Source: Schmidtea polychroa
Lineage: Eukaryota
Length of the DNA stretch: 64,000 bases
Direction: 5' to 3'
Assembly (NCBI GenBank): GCA_044892525.1
Contig: CM097885.1
Coordinates: 17,300,001-17,364,000, forward strand
The notes below the pieces were generated by a model. It saw only the letters and a program-made list of their open reading frames with translations. It was not told where the DNA came from and did no database searches. Of this stretch, positions 11,989 to 27,110 are shown piece after piece (within the stretch, counting starts at the first letter, position 1; the number at the start of each line of letters is the position of its first letter). The position numbers and the translations under genes were made by a program.

Positions 11989-14900
11989 TCATAAAAATTT
12001 TCATTAAAAATTATCTTAAAAATTATTCTATTAAAATTTCCATTAAAAATTACCATTGAAAATTATTCATAAAAATTTCTATTAAAAATTACTTAAAAAA
12101 TAATTCATTAAAATTTCCATTAAAAAATTTCAATTCTCAAACACCTTCTATTTTTGTTAATAAATTTAAAAATCTTACTTTAATTTACTTATTACATTAC
12201 TTTAATTTACTTATTTAAAAATTATTACTTTAATTTACTTATTTAACTTTAATTTAAATTTTTTTTACCATTGATTATTTAATTTTAAAATTTGGACCTT
12301 AATTAACTTTAATTTAATTTTTAGAACCATAATTTACTTTAATTTTAAAATTTTTGACCATTATTTACTGTAATTTAATTTTTAGAACCATTATTTACTG
12401 TAATTTAAAATATTTGGACCATTATTTACTTTAATTTAATTTTTTAGAACCATTATTTACTTTAATTTAAAAATTTGGATCATAATTTACTTTAATTTAA
12501 ATTTTTGGACTGTAATTCAAAAATTTTGACCATAATTTACTTTAATTTAATTTTTAAGAACCATAATTTACTTTAATTTAAAAATTTGGACCATAATTTA
12601 CTGTAATTTAATTTTTTAGAACCATTATTTACTTTAATTGAAAAATCTTAGCCCATAATTTACTTATTTAGACCATAATTTACTTTATTTCAAAAATAAA
12701 TCTGAACCTTGATTTACTTAAATTTTTAGACCCATCATTTACTTTATTTTTAAATTTTAGACCCATAATTTGCTTTATTTTAAAAATTTACTATGCGTTT
12801 TTTAATGTAAACCACCTTTTCTATTGAAATTCTCATGACCAAGAAGATCCCCTCACTATAGTGTGAAAAATCCATGCTTTTTTATTGAAGACTACCTTTT
12901 TCTATTGAAATTCTCAGGACCAAGGAGACCCACCCAAATAATATTTATCCTTGGCTTGTTTATTGAAAAAAAAAAAAAAAAAAAAATTTTGTATTTAAAA
13001 TCCCAGAAAACATTGGGCATTACGGCAACAATTATGTAATCAAAAAATGTCTACGGAAAAAGTTATGCAATCAAAAGTTTGCAACATTTTTTACCCCCCC
13101 CCCCCCCTATTGCTGCCGTAAGCCACTAACTACCTACTAAGTCGGTATTACTGTCTGACTCTTTTGTGTTCTTTTCAAAATAAATAAACGACCCAACACA
13201 AAATCTTTATTTAAGACCGATATAGTTACACTTTAGTTACACTTTTTATTAATTCAACCACACCTGATGCAACCCTTTTTGGTCTGCACTTTTCAATCAA
13301 TCTCACACAGGGATAAATCTTCCAACTGGAAATGTCCCTTTCTGGTACGTTCGATTTAAATTATTTATTTCCTACTAACTTTAACGTTTTTTGATCGCTC
13401 TCACTGAACTTCTTGTTTTCTTTTTCTTCGACCAACTGGCAATTTTGTTTTCTTGCCAGTTGCTTTTATACCCACTTGGTAATTGATTTTATTTTGACAA
13501 ATTCGTCTGGATCTAACTTTCCCCCGGGCTTCCTCTTGTAACTCTAATTCGCTTTCAGGAAATTGCTCCAATTTAATTTTATTTGGCTAATTTAATTGCC
13601 TTCCCAAAATTGGATTGCAAATTCCGGTTCTCTCAAATCGGTCGGGTTCTTCATTAGTTAATTAATTTTTAATTAATTTTTGTTTTTTGTAATTTATTCC
13701 TTCTAGGGACCCCCCATTGATTTTATTTTATTATAGTTGAACTCGTCTCATTATTTAGCATCCGCCAATACCAGTTTCCCCCGGAAGATATTCATTTTCT
13801 CATTTTGTATTTTAAATTTTTATTTTGAATTTGGTGTTTTTATCGATTTTTACCTCAATTTTTGTGCCTCTCCTGTTGAACCCCAACAAATACAAAAAGG
13901 TTTGAGCCTCACTATAAAATTTGATAAATATATAAAAAAGTATATTGGAATTTGAAATGAAAATAACATTGATAAAGTTGACTAAAAATAGCGTAAAATA
14001 TGAAAAATATAATAATGAGTAACGGTAAAATTTGCACGAAAATGTCTAAATAAAGACTTCTATATTTTGTCACTTTTGATCTGTTTTTATTCGCTTTTAA
14101 TATTTCATTTATTTTTATTACGATTTCAAAACAAACCTTCTTTTCTCGATGTAACTCAAATTTTCGGCAATGCCTTTTTCAATTATTATAATAATATTTA
14201 AAAAGGTGGTACCGAAAATTTATGTTACAGACAAAGCCAGCCACAGAAATTTGGTGGGGGGGCAGGAAATATAATTATGACAGAAAAAATATTTTCTTAC
14301 ATGTTGTATCATATTTATGAATACACCTAAATTCGAAAGACACCAACCGGCAATTGATTATCATCGAATGGACATTGATTTCGCTTTTTATAATGTAAAT
14401 ATTAACTTACCTATAATAAATGTGTGTGTGTGTCATAGCCAGAAGTGACATTAAATTAGCTTTGTGACATTAAATTAACAATTACACTATAGAAAGAAAG
14501 AAAATATCTTTGTTGGAAGGAAAATAAATAAATACACACAAACACGGTTCACAAAATTTCTATCATAAAAAATACACACAACAGGACATTGATTAATCCT
14601 ACGGACATTTAATAAGCTAAAAATTACAATATTAAAACAATTAATTATAAAAATATGTATGAGAATATCTCAGAAGCTTCTTCAGAATAAACTATTCCAT
14701 TTCAAGAAATTCATAAATAAATGCTCTTTCAATATATGGACGAACAAGAGATTCGGTAGATCACGAGTAGGCAACCGAATTTACAGTAATGTACCGACAA
14801 ATTGAGGTCCCAATATTTCTCTGGTTTTGGCAATTTCCAAAGATGAGCCAATCCATTCACAAATTATTATTGACTCTTTTAAAAATGAATCATACCGAAT

Positions 14901-17506
14901 TGACTGTGAAACATTGGCTCTGGATTCATTTTGATCCACGATAATGCATCCATCCACAATAATATATTTTCATTGAATAACCAAATTAAAAAGTTGCCTT
15001 CATATAGTCCATTTTTGAACCCCATCGAAAGTGTGTTCAGCAAAATTAAAAATGGAGTAAGGACTAAAGTTTTCTAGGCTAATGGATTTAACTAGATGAC
15101 GTTCAATGACAGATTTACTGCAATATCCCAAGCAGTTATCGAGGAGCTTCGAAAACCAGATTATAGTAATTTGAAAAATTACTATAATCATATTAAAAGA
15201 TTCTTCCCTAAATGCTTGAAGAAACAGGATATTTTAGGTGAACTATGAAAACTGTAATGTATATTTAATAAATAAATATCTTACTTCTTTTTTCATTATT
15301 TTAACATAAAAACTTAAATTATAACTAAAACCCAAAGAAAGCTCAATTGTCATTTCTGAATCAGTGTCTCATTAATGATTATCAATTGAACTTTGGTGTA
15401 TAAAAGTTTCTATAATCTAAAAAAATTTGATAAAATTATAGTATAGGAACACATAAACTTACCTATGTGTAAAAATTTAATGTTCCGAAAGTTAAAAGTT
15501 TTTATATACACCTAACACCACTGAGATACGTTTCCTATAATATAAGAAAAAAATAGATAATCTACATCATAGAAACATACATACTTACTTTGATTTCACG
15601 TTGATGTTCTCATTTATAGTGCAATGAGATACATTTTACACTAAAGAAATCTAATAAGTGATAGAAAAATTAAATACTGCACACAAACACAGCATATACT
15701 AAAAACACTTACAAACTTTCGATTCATAGAAATGCACCACTGAGATACGCTTCTATAATAAATTTATTTTAGACAATTTTTAGAAAAAAAAAGATCACTG
15801 AAAATATTTTAAAATATCAAGAGCAGATGAATTTGATTCAATGTCTTTTCAATCCAGAATTGATTTCCTGAAAGAAGCCCTTCATATTGAGCTCAGAAAA
15901 AGAATTACAAAAATTACAAAAATTATTTTATTCATATTCGGCGATTTTTCCCAAAATGTTTTAGAAAAATACATATTTTTGGTGATTGATTTATTTAATT
16001 ATAATTAAAAATATATCTGACTCAGATTTTTTCGAAATAATTCCAAAATAATTAAAAATAAATGTCATAAAATTCGTAAAACCCCCGAAAATTAATTAAA
16101 AGTAATTTATAATTATACTGTTTAGTAAAAGTAATATTTAAGAACTTGAATAATGATCTCATATCTATATGGATCAAAATTCAAGCCTTAAAATTTACTT
16201 AAAATTAAACATCTTACCTGAAAGACGAGCATTTCGTACGTAAACACAATTAGTGAGTGAAAATTTGCTGTACACGCCAACCACCACTATAGAAAATTTA
16301 TCTCAGGGGTGTTTGGTGTAGGAATTGAGAAATTCACAGAAAAAAAATTTTACAAACAAACACAGCACACATAATATAAAATACATGCCCATTTTTATTG
16401 CGTTTTTTTCCGAAAGGTAAAAGTAATTAACATATTGCTAACAGTTCTTATATTTTCAATATATTAAAAAATCACGGCGGAAAAAATTTTAGATTTTGAA
16501 TTGTATAACTCTACCTTGAGCTTTCAATAAAAGGACGATAAAATAGTGTTAGATCTATTTATAAAATATTTTTGAAGTTAATATTTCTTTAGATTTTCAG
16601 ATATTTCTCTGGAAATTTCTCTTTATGCGAAGGTGAAGATCTGGCAATATAAGAACTTTTTCATTTAATTACAAATAATTAAAATATTTTACAGTATATC
16701 AGATATTTCTTGTAAAACGCTTTTGTGTGAAGGTAGCATTTATAATATTCAACAAAGTCCATCGACATTTTTGGATTGGCAGAAAAAAATTCGAAAATAG
16801 TAAATTTTAATAACTTATTAAAAAAAATAATATTTTCAATGAATTACAAAAAATTACAAAATTCGTCTTATCAATGCCTTTGAAAATTGGGAAAATTACA
16901 AAGAATTTGGAACTTTACTTGGAATCACCAAAAAATCGATTGGAACAATAATTTATAGTTATAAAAAATATGGGGAGGTTTGCAAAGGCAAAAAAGTGGC
17001 ACAAAATCAGAAGAACAGGTAAATAATTTGTTGGATTTCGTAGAATCCAATTTTTATTCATCTTTGGAAGAAATGCGAATTCTCATTTTGCAACAAAATT
17101 GCATGGCCTCCAAAACAACTAATTTTCGATTTCTAAAAAATCAATTAATATCTGTGAAAAAAGTAAGATCATGTGTCGCAGAACGAAATTCTGATCGTGT
17201 AATTGAAATCCGAAGTAAACGATAATGATGTAATAGTTATGATTTAGTGAGTTGATTAAATAATCTCAATAAATTTGCACACTGATTGAATGTTAATTGT
17301 AGGGGATTGTGATTAACTCACAATTAAATATAGTTTCTACTATACAGCATACTAAAATAACAAGTTGTATAAGCTGAAGATATTAGGCTACTTTTCATGT
17401 ACTTTTCATTATATTTTCATGTTTTTGAAAAGTTGTTTTTAAATAAAATCTAACCTTTTGGAACAGGAATTGATTGGGAAAATATAAAACTATTGGTTAA
17501 TCCTGA

Positions 17507-17584
<78 letters not shown>

Positions 17585-17604
17585 CGTTATTATTATTATT
17601 ATTA

Positions 17605-17684
<80 letters not shown>

Positions 17685-19955
17685 TAAAACAATAAAATGA
17701 TAATTTAAGCCTTTTGCTGCAAATAATGTATTTAATGAAAAAGTTTTCGACTATACGATAGTCCTTGTCAATCTCCTGGAATTTAGCAATGTTCTTCCCC
17801 AAAATACCTTTCAATCTTTCTTTTATTTCTTTTCTCTTAATTCTCATTGGTTGTAAATATAATGAATTGTTTTACTAAAAACTTTTAAAATTTTTACATT
17901 TAAAATTGGTGTAAAAAAAAAAAAATTCTGATCTTCCTAACTTCTACCACCTAATTAAAACTCACAAAGAGGGTCCTGGTATCAAAATTAGACCTATAGT
18001 GTCCAACAAAAATGAACCAACAACTAAAACAAGTTGGCTCCTTGCAAAGATCTTGAAACCTTTATTGGACACGATACCACACCATCTTCAAAGCAGCGAC
18101 TGCCTCATGACAAGACTAAATAATAACATGACTTGTCATAGAGAATTCCAATACCCATTTAGTCTTGATGTCGTATCACTATACACATCTATCGAACCAA
18201 CAGAGGCTATTCAATGTTTAGAAAAGAAATTAAGAGAAAGCAACTTGTTAATAAAGGAAATGAATATCGAGAATATCACCAAACTACTTACTGTTATCCT
18301 CGAGAACACCTATTTTACCTTTGAACAAAATATCTATAAACAAGTTAAAGGTCTGCCTATGGGTTCTAGCATATCAGGACTGCTAGCAATCATCTTTATA
18401 GATAACCTCGAACGACAGACACTGAGGACCATACAACCCATCGGTTTCTATGCAAGATATGTAGATGATATCTTCACCACGACCAAAAACAGAAAAGAAG
18501 CGGAGGAAATATTTCATACATTCAATGCGGCTCATCAAGATATTAAGTTCGAAATCGAATATCCGGAAGAAGATGGATCCCTCAATTTATTGGATTTGAG
18601 AATCAAAATAGAAGAAAATACTCCAACATACGGGTTCTACAGAAAACCAGCTCGCAAAGAAATATTTATGCACCAAAGATCAGCGCTTCCATACTTCAGA
18701 AAGTACATGTCATAAGAAACGAGAAACGAAGAATAGCCAATCGATGCACGGAGAAAAACGAAAACTTTAAAGAGCAATCAAATTTCAATAAAATCCTACA
18801 CCGAAACGGATACCAAGGTGAGGACATTGAAAGAATGAATTCTACCCCAAGAAGATCTAGGGAATTAACACAAAAGAATCAGAAATATTTCTATCTGAAT
18901 ATCCCATTCATCAGTGACATACTCGACTTCAAGATCCTGAAAGAACTTAAACGTACCGGTCTTCCAATTCGGATAGCACATAAATCTTGGACATTGAGAA
19001 GGGCTCTGGCAGGCAACATAAATAGAGAAAACAATTGCACAATGAAAAACTGGCAGGCAACATAAATAGAGAAAACAATTGCACAATGAAAAACTGCCAG
19101 ACACCGAAAGATATGTGCTTTAGAAAAAACATCGTCTATTGCATCACGTGCAATGTATGCAATGAAATCTACATTGGAAGTACCCTCAGGACCTTGCACC
19201 AAAGAGTTAAAGAACATCTAGATCCTGGTGGAACATCCTCGTTGGGCAGACATCTCCGGCAGTGTCAACCAACAGAGGAAAGAAAAAATATTTCAATAGA
19301 AATCATAGCTAATGGAAACATCCAAAAGAAAAATGTCAGAATCAAAGAAGCAATTCTCATCATAAACAGACAGCCAAAGATCAACACTAAAGAAGAAATC
19401 AATGAAATCATGAATTTGATCTGTTGTCATTGACTTTGAGAATAACTGACAATATATAAAGAAATTAAAAAAAATAGAATAAATTAAAAAGTAATAATTA
19501 GAATAATATAGAAAACAATTTTAAAAAATAGGGTTTCAAAATCAAAATTGACACATTTATTGAAATATTTAAATAGCATATATAAGTAGTTATTGGATGC
19601 TTTATTTAAAATATTTTCAAATATTTTATTAGGCTTCTAGCTAATTATAGAAGCTGTAAAAAATTTAAAAATTTTTAGTTTGTGTCATTTTGAAATTTTA
19701 AATGTAAAAATTTTAAAAGTTTTTAGTAAAACAATTCATTATATTTACAACCAATGAGAATTAAGAGAAAAGAAATAAAAGAAAGATTGAAAGGTATTTT
19801 GGGGAAGAACATTGCTAAATTCCAGGAGATTGACAAGGACTATCGTATAGTCGAAAATTCTTTCATTAAATACATTATTTGCAGCAAAAGGCTTAAATTA
19901 TCATTTTATTGTTTTAAATAATAAATGCTGCTACCAAGCAATCATCATTTTATAC

Positions 19956-20022
<67 letters not shown>

Positions 20023-20674
20023 GTTAATTAAAGTAAATGATAATTTAATCCTTTTGCTGCGAAGTACATATTTATTAAAATGAAAGAATTTTAGGTTTAC
20101 ATTTTTGTATTTTGAGTGATATACAGTTTGCGTAAAGATTTTGTGTATTCAATGTTGTAGTGGTTTCTAATTCCTGTTTTTAACTTCTTGTTTGTTAGTG
20201 GATTTCAAGTCCTACTTAAATTGTGTTCCGATCTTGGTTATAAATATTTATGTCATGGGTGTAAGACAACTACATTGGAATGACTGCCTGTCATCTACGT
20301 TCTCAAGTTCTTAATAACTATCGAGTGAAGAAATTGATTAATATTAGTAAACACAATTTTGTGTAAAATTTATTGAGATGTTGTTTGATTTCAACTTTTA
20401 TAAGTTTAAAAAGTTTTAAAATTTTTAAAAATTTGAATTGACAAAACAAAATTGATTTTTTTGCAAAATATAATTTAAAATATTAGTGAATTAGTTTCTT
20501 TGAAAAAAGAGCAATTTAAATTGATATAGTTTGAATTTCATTTCTACCTGATGATGACGGTGAGTCTGTCAAAATATATTGTAGTTTAATATATACTGGA
20601 TTGGCGTTTTTACTTATATTACTGTTATAATTATTATTAATAATAAATGCTGCTACCAAGAAATCATCACTTTA

Positions 20675-20753
<79 letters not shown>

Positions 20754-21378
20754 TAATATTATTAATATTTTAGATATACTTATTGATGGAAACCAGAAAG
20801 ACCTCCTGAAATTATTAGCTAAAAATATTGGCACCACTCACAAATTACTAAGCATAAACAATAAACCGACCGGTCATTGGAAGTTCTTTAAAAGAAATAG
20901 TACTTATATTAATGGAAAACCTTTCAAATACCCATACATAGACATCTTCTTCTTTCAGTATTCGTCCAATAAGATTTTACACGATGAATCGTATCCGAAG
21001 TTTAACACGACGATATTGAACATGTTTCCTCTTATTAAAAGATTTTTTGATGGAATCTTGATAAATACACCATGCCAAATAAAACAGGTCTTAGAAAGTT
21101 TTTATGGAAATCTAAACTACTGTGAAAGTCCAAGGTATAATCACAGCAAAGAGCATTCTATAATTCATTACAAAAGCATTAGATGTGAAAAATTAAAAAG
21201 GCATTATTCATTTGTTGAGAGAAAAATATCAAAAAGTTCCAAGAAAAAAATTATCGTTGAAACTCTTATAAAAGGCACCAAAATAATCCACAAACTTGTT
21301 TACTCCGTACCACAATTATGTAATGGTGAAAAGGAAACATTGAAGTCAGATATGGATGTGTATCTAATAAATGATTAA
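3268..21378 (+). CDS. LicD / fukutin-related nucleotidyltransferase (~311 aa); exons 3268-3598, 20774-21378
   Basis: N-terminal signal anchor; [21 protein letters not shown]|DILID is restored across a phase-1 GT-AG intron (3599-20773). Exon 2 has YPYIDIFFF and FPLIKRFFDG motifs. Confidence 0.88.
3701..5346 (+). repeat. Left terminal inverted repeat, containing ~30-bp tandem subrepeats and the PolB 3' end
   Basis: Near-perfect reverse complement of 11473-13138; visible differences are homopolymer and (AAT)n lengths. Confidence 0.92.
5074..9398 (-). CDS. polB: Protein-primed family B DNA polymerase (~1339 aa if repaired); exons 9398-9344, 9287-9231, 9184-9122, 8919-5074 with a 1-nt frameshift at T9 8205-8213
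   Basis: Motifs INIKNTDDSCFLYSIL, C2H2 finger, VVYADFE (Exo I), endonuclease VII-like VRDHDHFTG..ACSTCN, FHNLKGYD, YIDINNLYG, KLLNNSLYGK, GDTDS, LRPKCY. Three GT-AG introns splice in frame into ORF 8168-8860. Confidence 0.9.
10560..11314. repeat. Internal, diverged Polinton-type right terminus
   Basis: Homologous to the TIR subrepeats (CAATTCTCAAACACCTTCTATT...) and ends ...CTATCTACCTACT at 11314, like the outer terminus. Confidence 0.7.
11473..13138 (-). repeat. Right terminal inverted repeat, including a duplicate of the last ~90 codons of PolB
   Basis: ORF 11542-11745 reproduces the PolB C-terminus; the sequence is the reverse complement of 3701-5346. Confidence 0.92.
14830..15250 (+). 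pseudogene. IS630/Tc1-like transposase C-terminal remnant
   Basis: Translates to DNASIH...LPSYSPFLNPIESVFSKIK with frameshifts; a likely N-terminal remnant lies at ~16840-17225. Confidence 0.6.
17507..17683. repeat. (ATT)n microsatellite
   Basis: Direct sequence; similar tracts at ~19957-20022, ~20675-20753, ~44535-44664 and ~46233-46307. Confidence 0.95.
17680..19956 (+). mobile_element. Penelope-like retroelement, 5'-truncated (RT + GIY-YIG), with inverted pseudo-LTR
   Basis: RT motifs IRPIVS, SLDVVSLYT, GLPMGSSISG, YARYVDD; GIY-YIG NIVYCITC..CNEIYIGST. ~17680-17905 is an inverted copy of ~19695-19921. Frameshifts near 18700 and from a 44-bp duplication at 19006-19093. Confidence 0.9.
20030..20675 (+). 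mobile_element. Non-coding Penelope-type pseudo-LTR fragment
   Basis: Same 3' tail TAAATGCTGCTACCAAG.AATCATCA.TTTATA followed by (TTA)n as the adjacent element; contains a hammerhead-like motif. Confidence 0.6.
20544..20584 (+). ncRNA. Minimal hammerhead ribozyme-like motif (probably mutated)
   Basis: CTAC-CTGATGA-T-GACGG(tgagt)CTGTC-AAAA-TATA-TT-GTAG; stems I and II pair, but core GAAA reads AAAA. Confidence 0.55.
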
Positions 21379-21586
21379 CATTATTACAAAAATTTTTTTA
21401 ATTTAATTTAATTTATTAATAATTAAATTTATGTATTCAATTTTTAATTTTTTTTCCTTAATTTTTCTGAACAAGTTTCAAAGGAAAATTAAATTAAATT
21501 CAATTTTTAAATAATTGAGTTGAAGGAACTCACTATAAAGAAAATTAGTAAAAAAGTCAAAGAAAATGTCAAGCTAGCTTTATTAA

Positions 21587-21831
21587 CCCTACACTGCATA
21601 TTGTATCACTGGTGATACACAATTATCTTATTAGAATAAAAACTGTCTCGCTCTTGTTCTCGGTAAATGTTCTCTCATATTACATTGTATTGGCTATATT
21701 TGCAATATAATACAATATAATACAATATAATACAATACAATATAATAAACTGTTGTTCTTTAACTTATAGTAATCTCGCTGAAACGAATATAAAAATATA
21801 AAAAAATATAAAAAAGTCATGCAGTGTAGGG
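21587..21831. mobile_element. 245-bp piggyBac-type MITE
   Basis: TTAA flanks and TIR CCCTACACTGCAT; second copy at 47641-47885. Confidence 0.85.
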
Positions 21832-22778
21832 TTAAACGCGAATTACAGCGTCTAACCTATTATTAAAAGGAATTGATAGTTATTACTATTACCATTGTTA
21901 TTAGAAGTATATATCAGTCGTTAGGATACTAAAATGTTTGTCGATGTTTGATCCAACCCTCATGTTCAGCGATCAAAGAAATAAAACTCAGATCCCAACA
22001 AAATCTTTATTTTCAAATTGTACAAACTCTTTTCCTTTAACGTTAAAACAGCTGAGTAAATGCCGAATGGGTATCACCCTATAAGTCGAAACACAATTTT
22101 GTTTATCATTCCTTACTAAATCGATCTCGTTTGTCCCCTTTGATTAATTCTGTTAAATTAAACTGCTTTACACTTCACTTTAATTCTACTAAGTTTATAA
22201 ATTTTGCTTCGACCAATTGGCGCTTTCTGTTTTTTGCTAGCTGTTTTTATAGTATTTCATTTATCATCAATCTTTGTCTCACCCGGCTGAAAAATTCGCT
22301 ACCGATTCGCCTAATTCCTGGCACTCCATTCATTTGACCATTAACTGGGTATAATGAATAATTTATTGCCTTCTTTTAATTCCCGGCAATCCATTGATTT
22401 GACAAATAGTTGGGTATCCTTTGATTAATGACTTTTTATTGAAACTTAATAAATTAATTAATTTGTTTTTGGGCACCAGGTTCTTCTAAGGACCTCTGAT
22501 CGATTTGAAATTATTTTATTCGTTTTCAGAATTTCATTTGCCAACCCCTCCCCCCAAAAAATATTGATTTTTAGTTTTTCCAAATTTTCAATTAATTTTG
22601 ATAATTTGTAAAATTTTATATAGTTTTATAAATTTCATCTTTCTAAAACAAAAGCAAAAGCAAAAAATGGTTTATTTCTGCAATTTAAAAAATATATGAA
22701 CTTTTTATTATTTATGCAAATAACGATAACTCCCAGTGGGGAATTATTTCGGGGTGGGGGATTAATTCTAGTCTTAGA

Positions 22779-26080
<3,302 letters not shown>

Positions 26081-26112
26081 TATATATATATATTAGTCCA
26101 TTATTATTATAA

Positions 26113-27110
26113 CCAGAGCCTGTTAGAGCCACTTGGAGGCCCAGGTCTGACATCATATGTGGCCCCTATATAATGAAAAATATAAAAAAATGTATACTTT
26201 TTACTGATTAAAAATTTATTATTTCAAAACTTAAAAGAATCTAATTCAAAATATTATACTTAATAAATAAATTTAAAAATGAGCTTTTCGAGCTTTCCGA
26301 GCTGCAAAATAACTTATTAATTTGGAATAGTCCACATTTCTTGCAATATCGCAATTAATATTTAGCGTCACCAAACCATTTACACGATCCTGGAGCATGG
26401 TTGATCTTAAATAATTTTTTATGCGTTTGAGTACGCTAAAACTCTTCTCTGCTTCCGCTACACCAACTGGCAAGGTTAAAAATATTCTGAGCGCAATAGC
26501 AATGCTGGGATATATATTTAGAAAACCCATTTCAATTATTTCCTTTAAAAGCTCGGATGGTTTCGTGCAGCCTTTAAAATTGGTTTAATACATACTTTTA
26601 AGAATTTTAAATTCTTCTACAATTTTTTCACTTATTTGGTTTTTATATTTTGTCTGTAAAATACTTGCTGCTTCAATTAAGCTCTTTTCTTCCATCTCAT
26701 CAAAATTCCATAAAACTTCAAATAAGTTGCATATAGAGGAAACAGCTTTAAATCTTTGCGTAAGTCCAAATATTATAAAATCAATAATTTTGTTAAAAAT
26801 GTGGTTGTGAAAATATACTTCTGCAGATACTTGATCTTTTATTTGACGATTTGTCGCAAATTCTATAACAATGTCATTAGCTGCTGCAATTTTCTTTGAT
26901 TCTGTAAAAACCGAACCCCATTCATTTTTAATTTCCTTTACACCTTCAATAAGTTTTTTAATATTAATTTTTTCTATTGCTAATGTTGATTTCTGCGCTT
27001 GGAGAATTAAATCTGTTTGATGCAATAAAACCAGAACCCTCGTTCAAATTATAGACATCAAGACACATTCAAATGTTGATAGATATTTTTTAAACGATTG
27101 CTCCTCCTCT
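26113..27110 (-). mobile_element. hAT transposase 3' remnant (C-terminal dimerisation domain)
   Basis: YPSIAIALRIFLTLPVGVAEAEKSFSVLKRIKNYLRSTM; broken reading frame. Confidence 0.8.

Larger units (their letters stand above)
3701..13138 (-). mobile_element. Reduced Polinton/Maverick-like element, 9.4 kb
   Basis: AGTAGGTAG...CTACCTACT termini, perfect 6-bp TSD AAGTCG (3695-3700, 13139-13144), ~1.65 kb TIRs, and a protein-primed PolB gene. Confidence 0.93.
3678..13888. mobile_element. Solo-LTR-like repeat split by the Polinton-like insertion (3678-3700 + 13139-13888)
   Basis: TGTTGGG...CCCCAACA ends. Internal sequence resembles related copies at ~21920-22650, ~27900-28192, ~51420-52800 and ~61560-61897. 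Confidence 0.55.

Noticed and set aside
17493..17700. Poly-Ile / poly-Leu ORFs
   Set aside because: Translations of the (ATT)n microsatellite.
20647..20773. Poly-Leu 'signal peptide' at the start of ORF 20647-21378
   Set aside because: Intronic microsatellite; the real exon starts after the AG at 20773.
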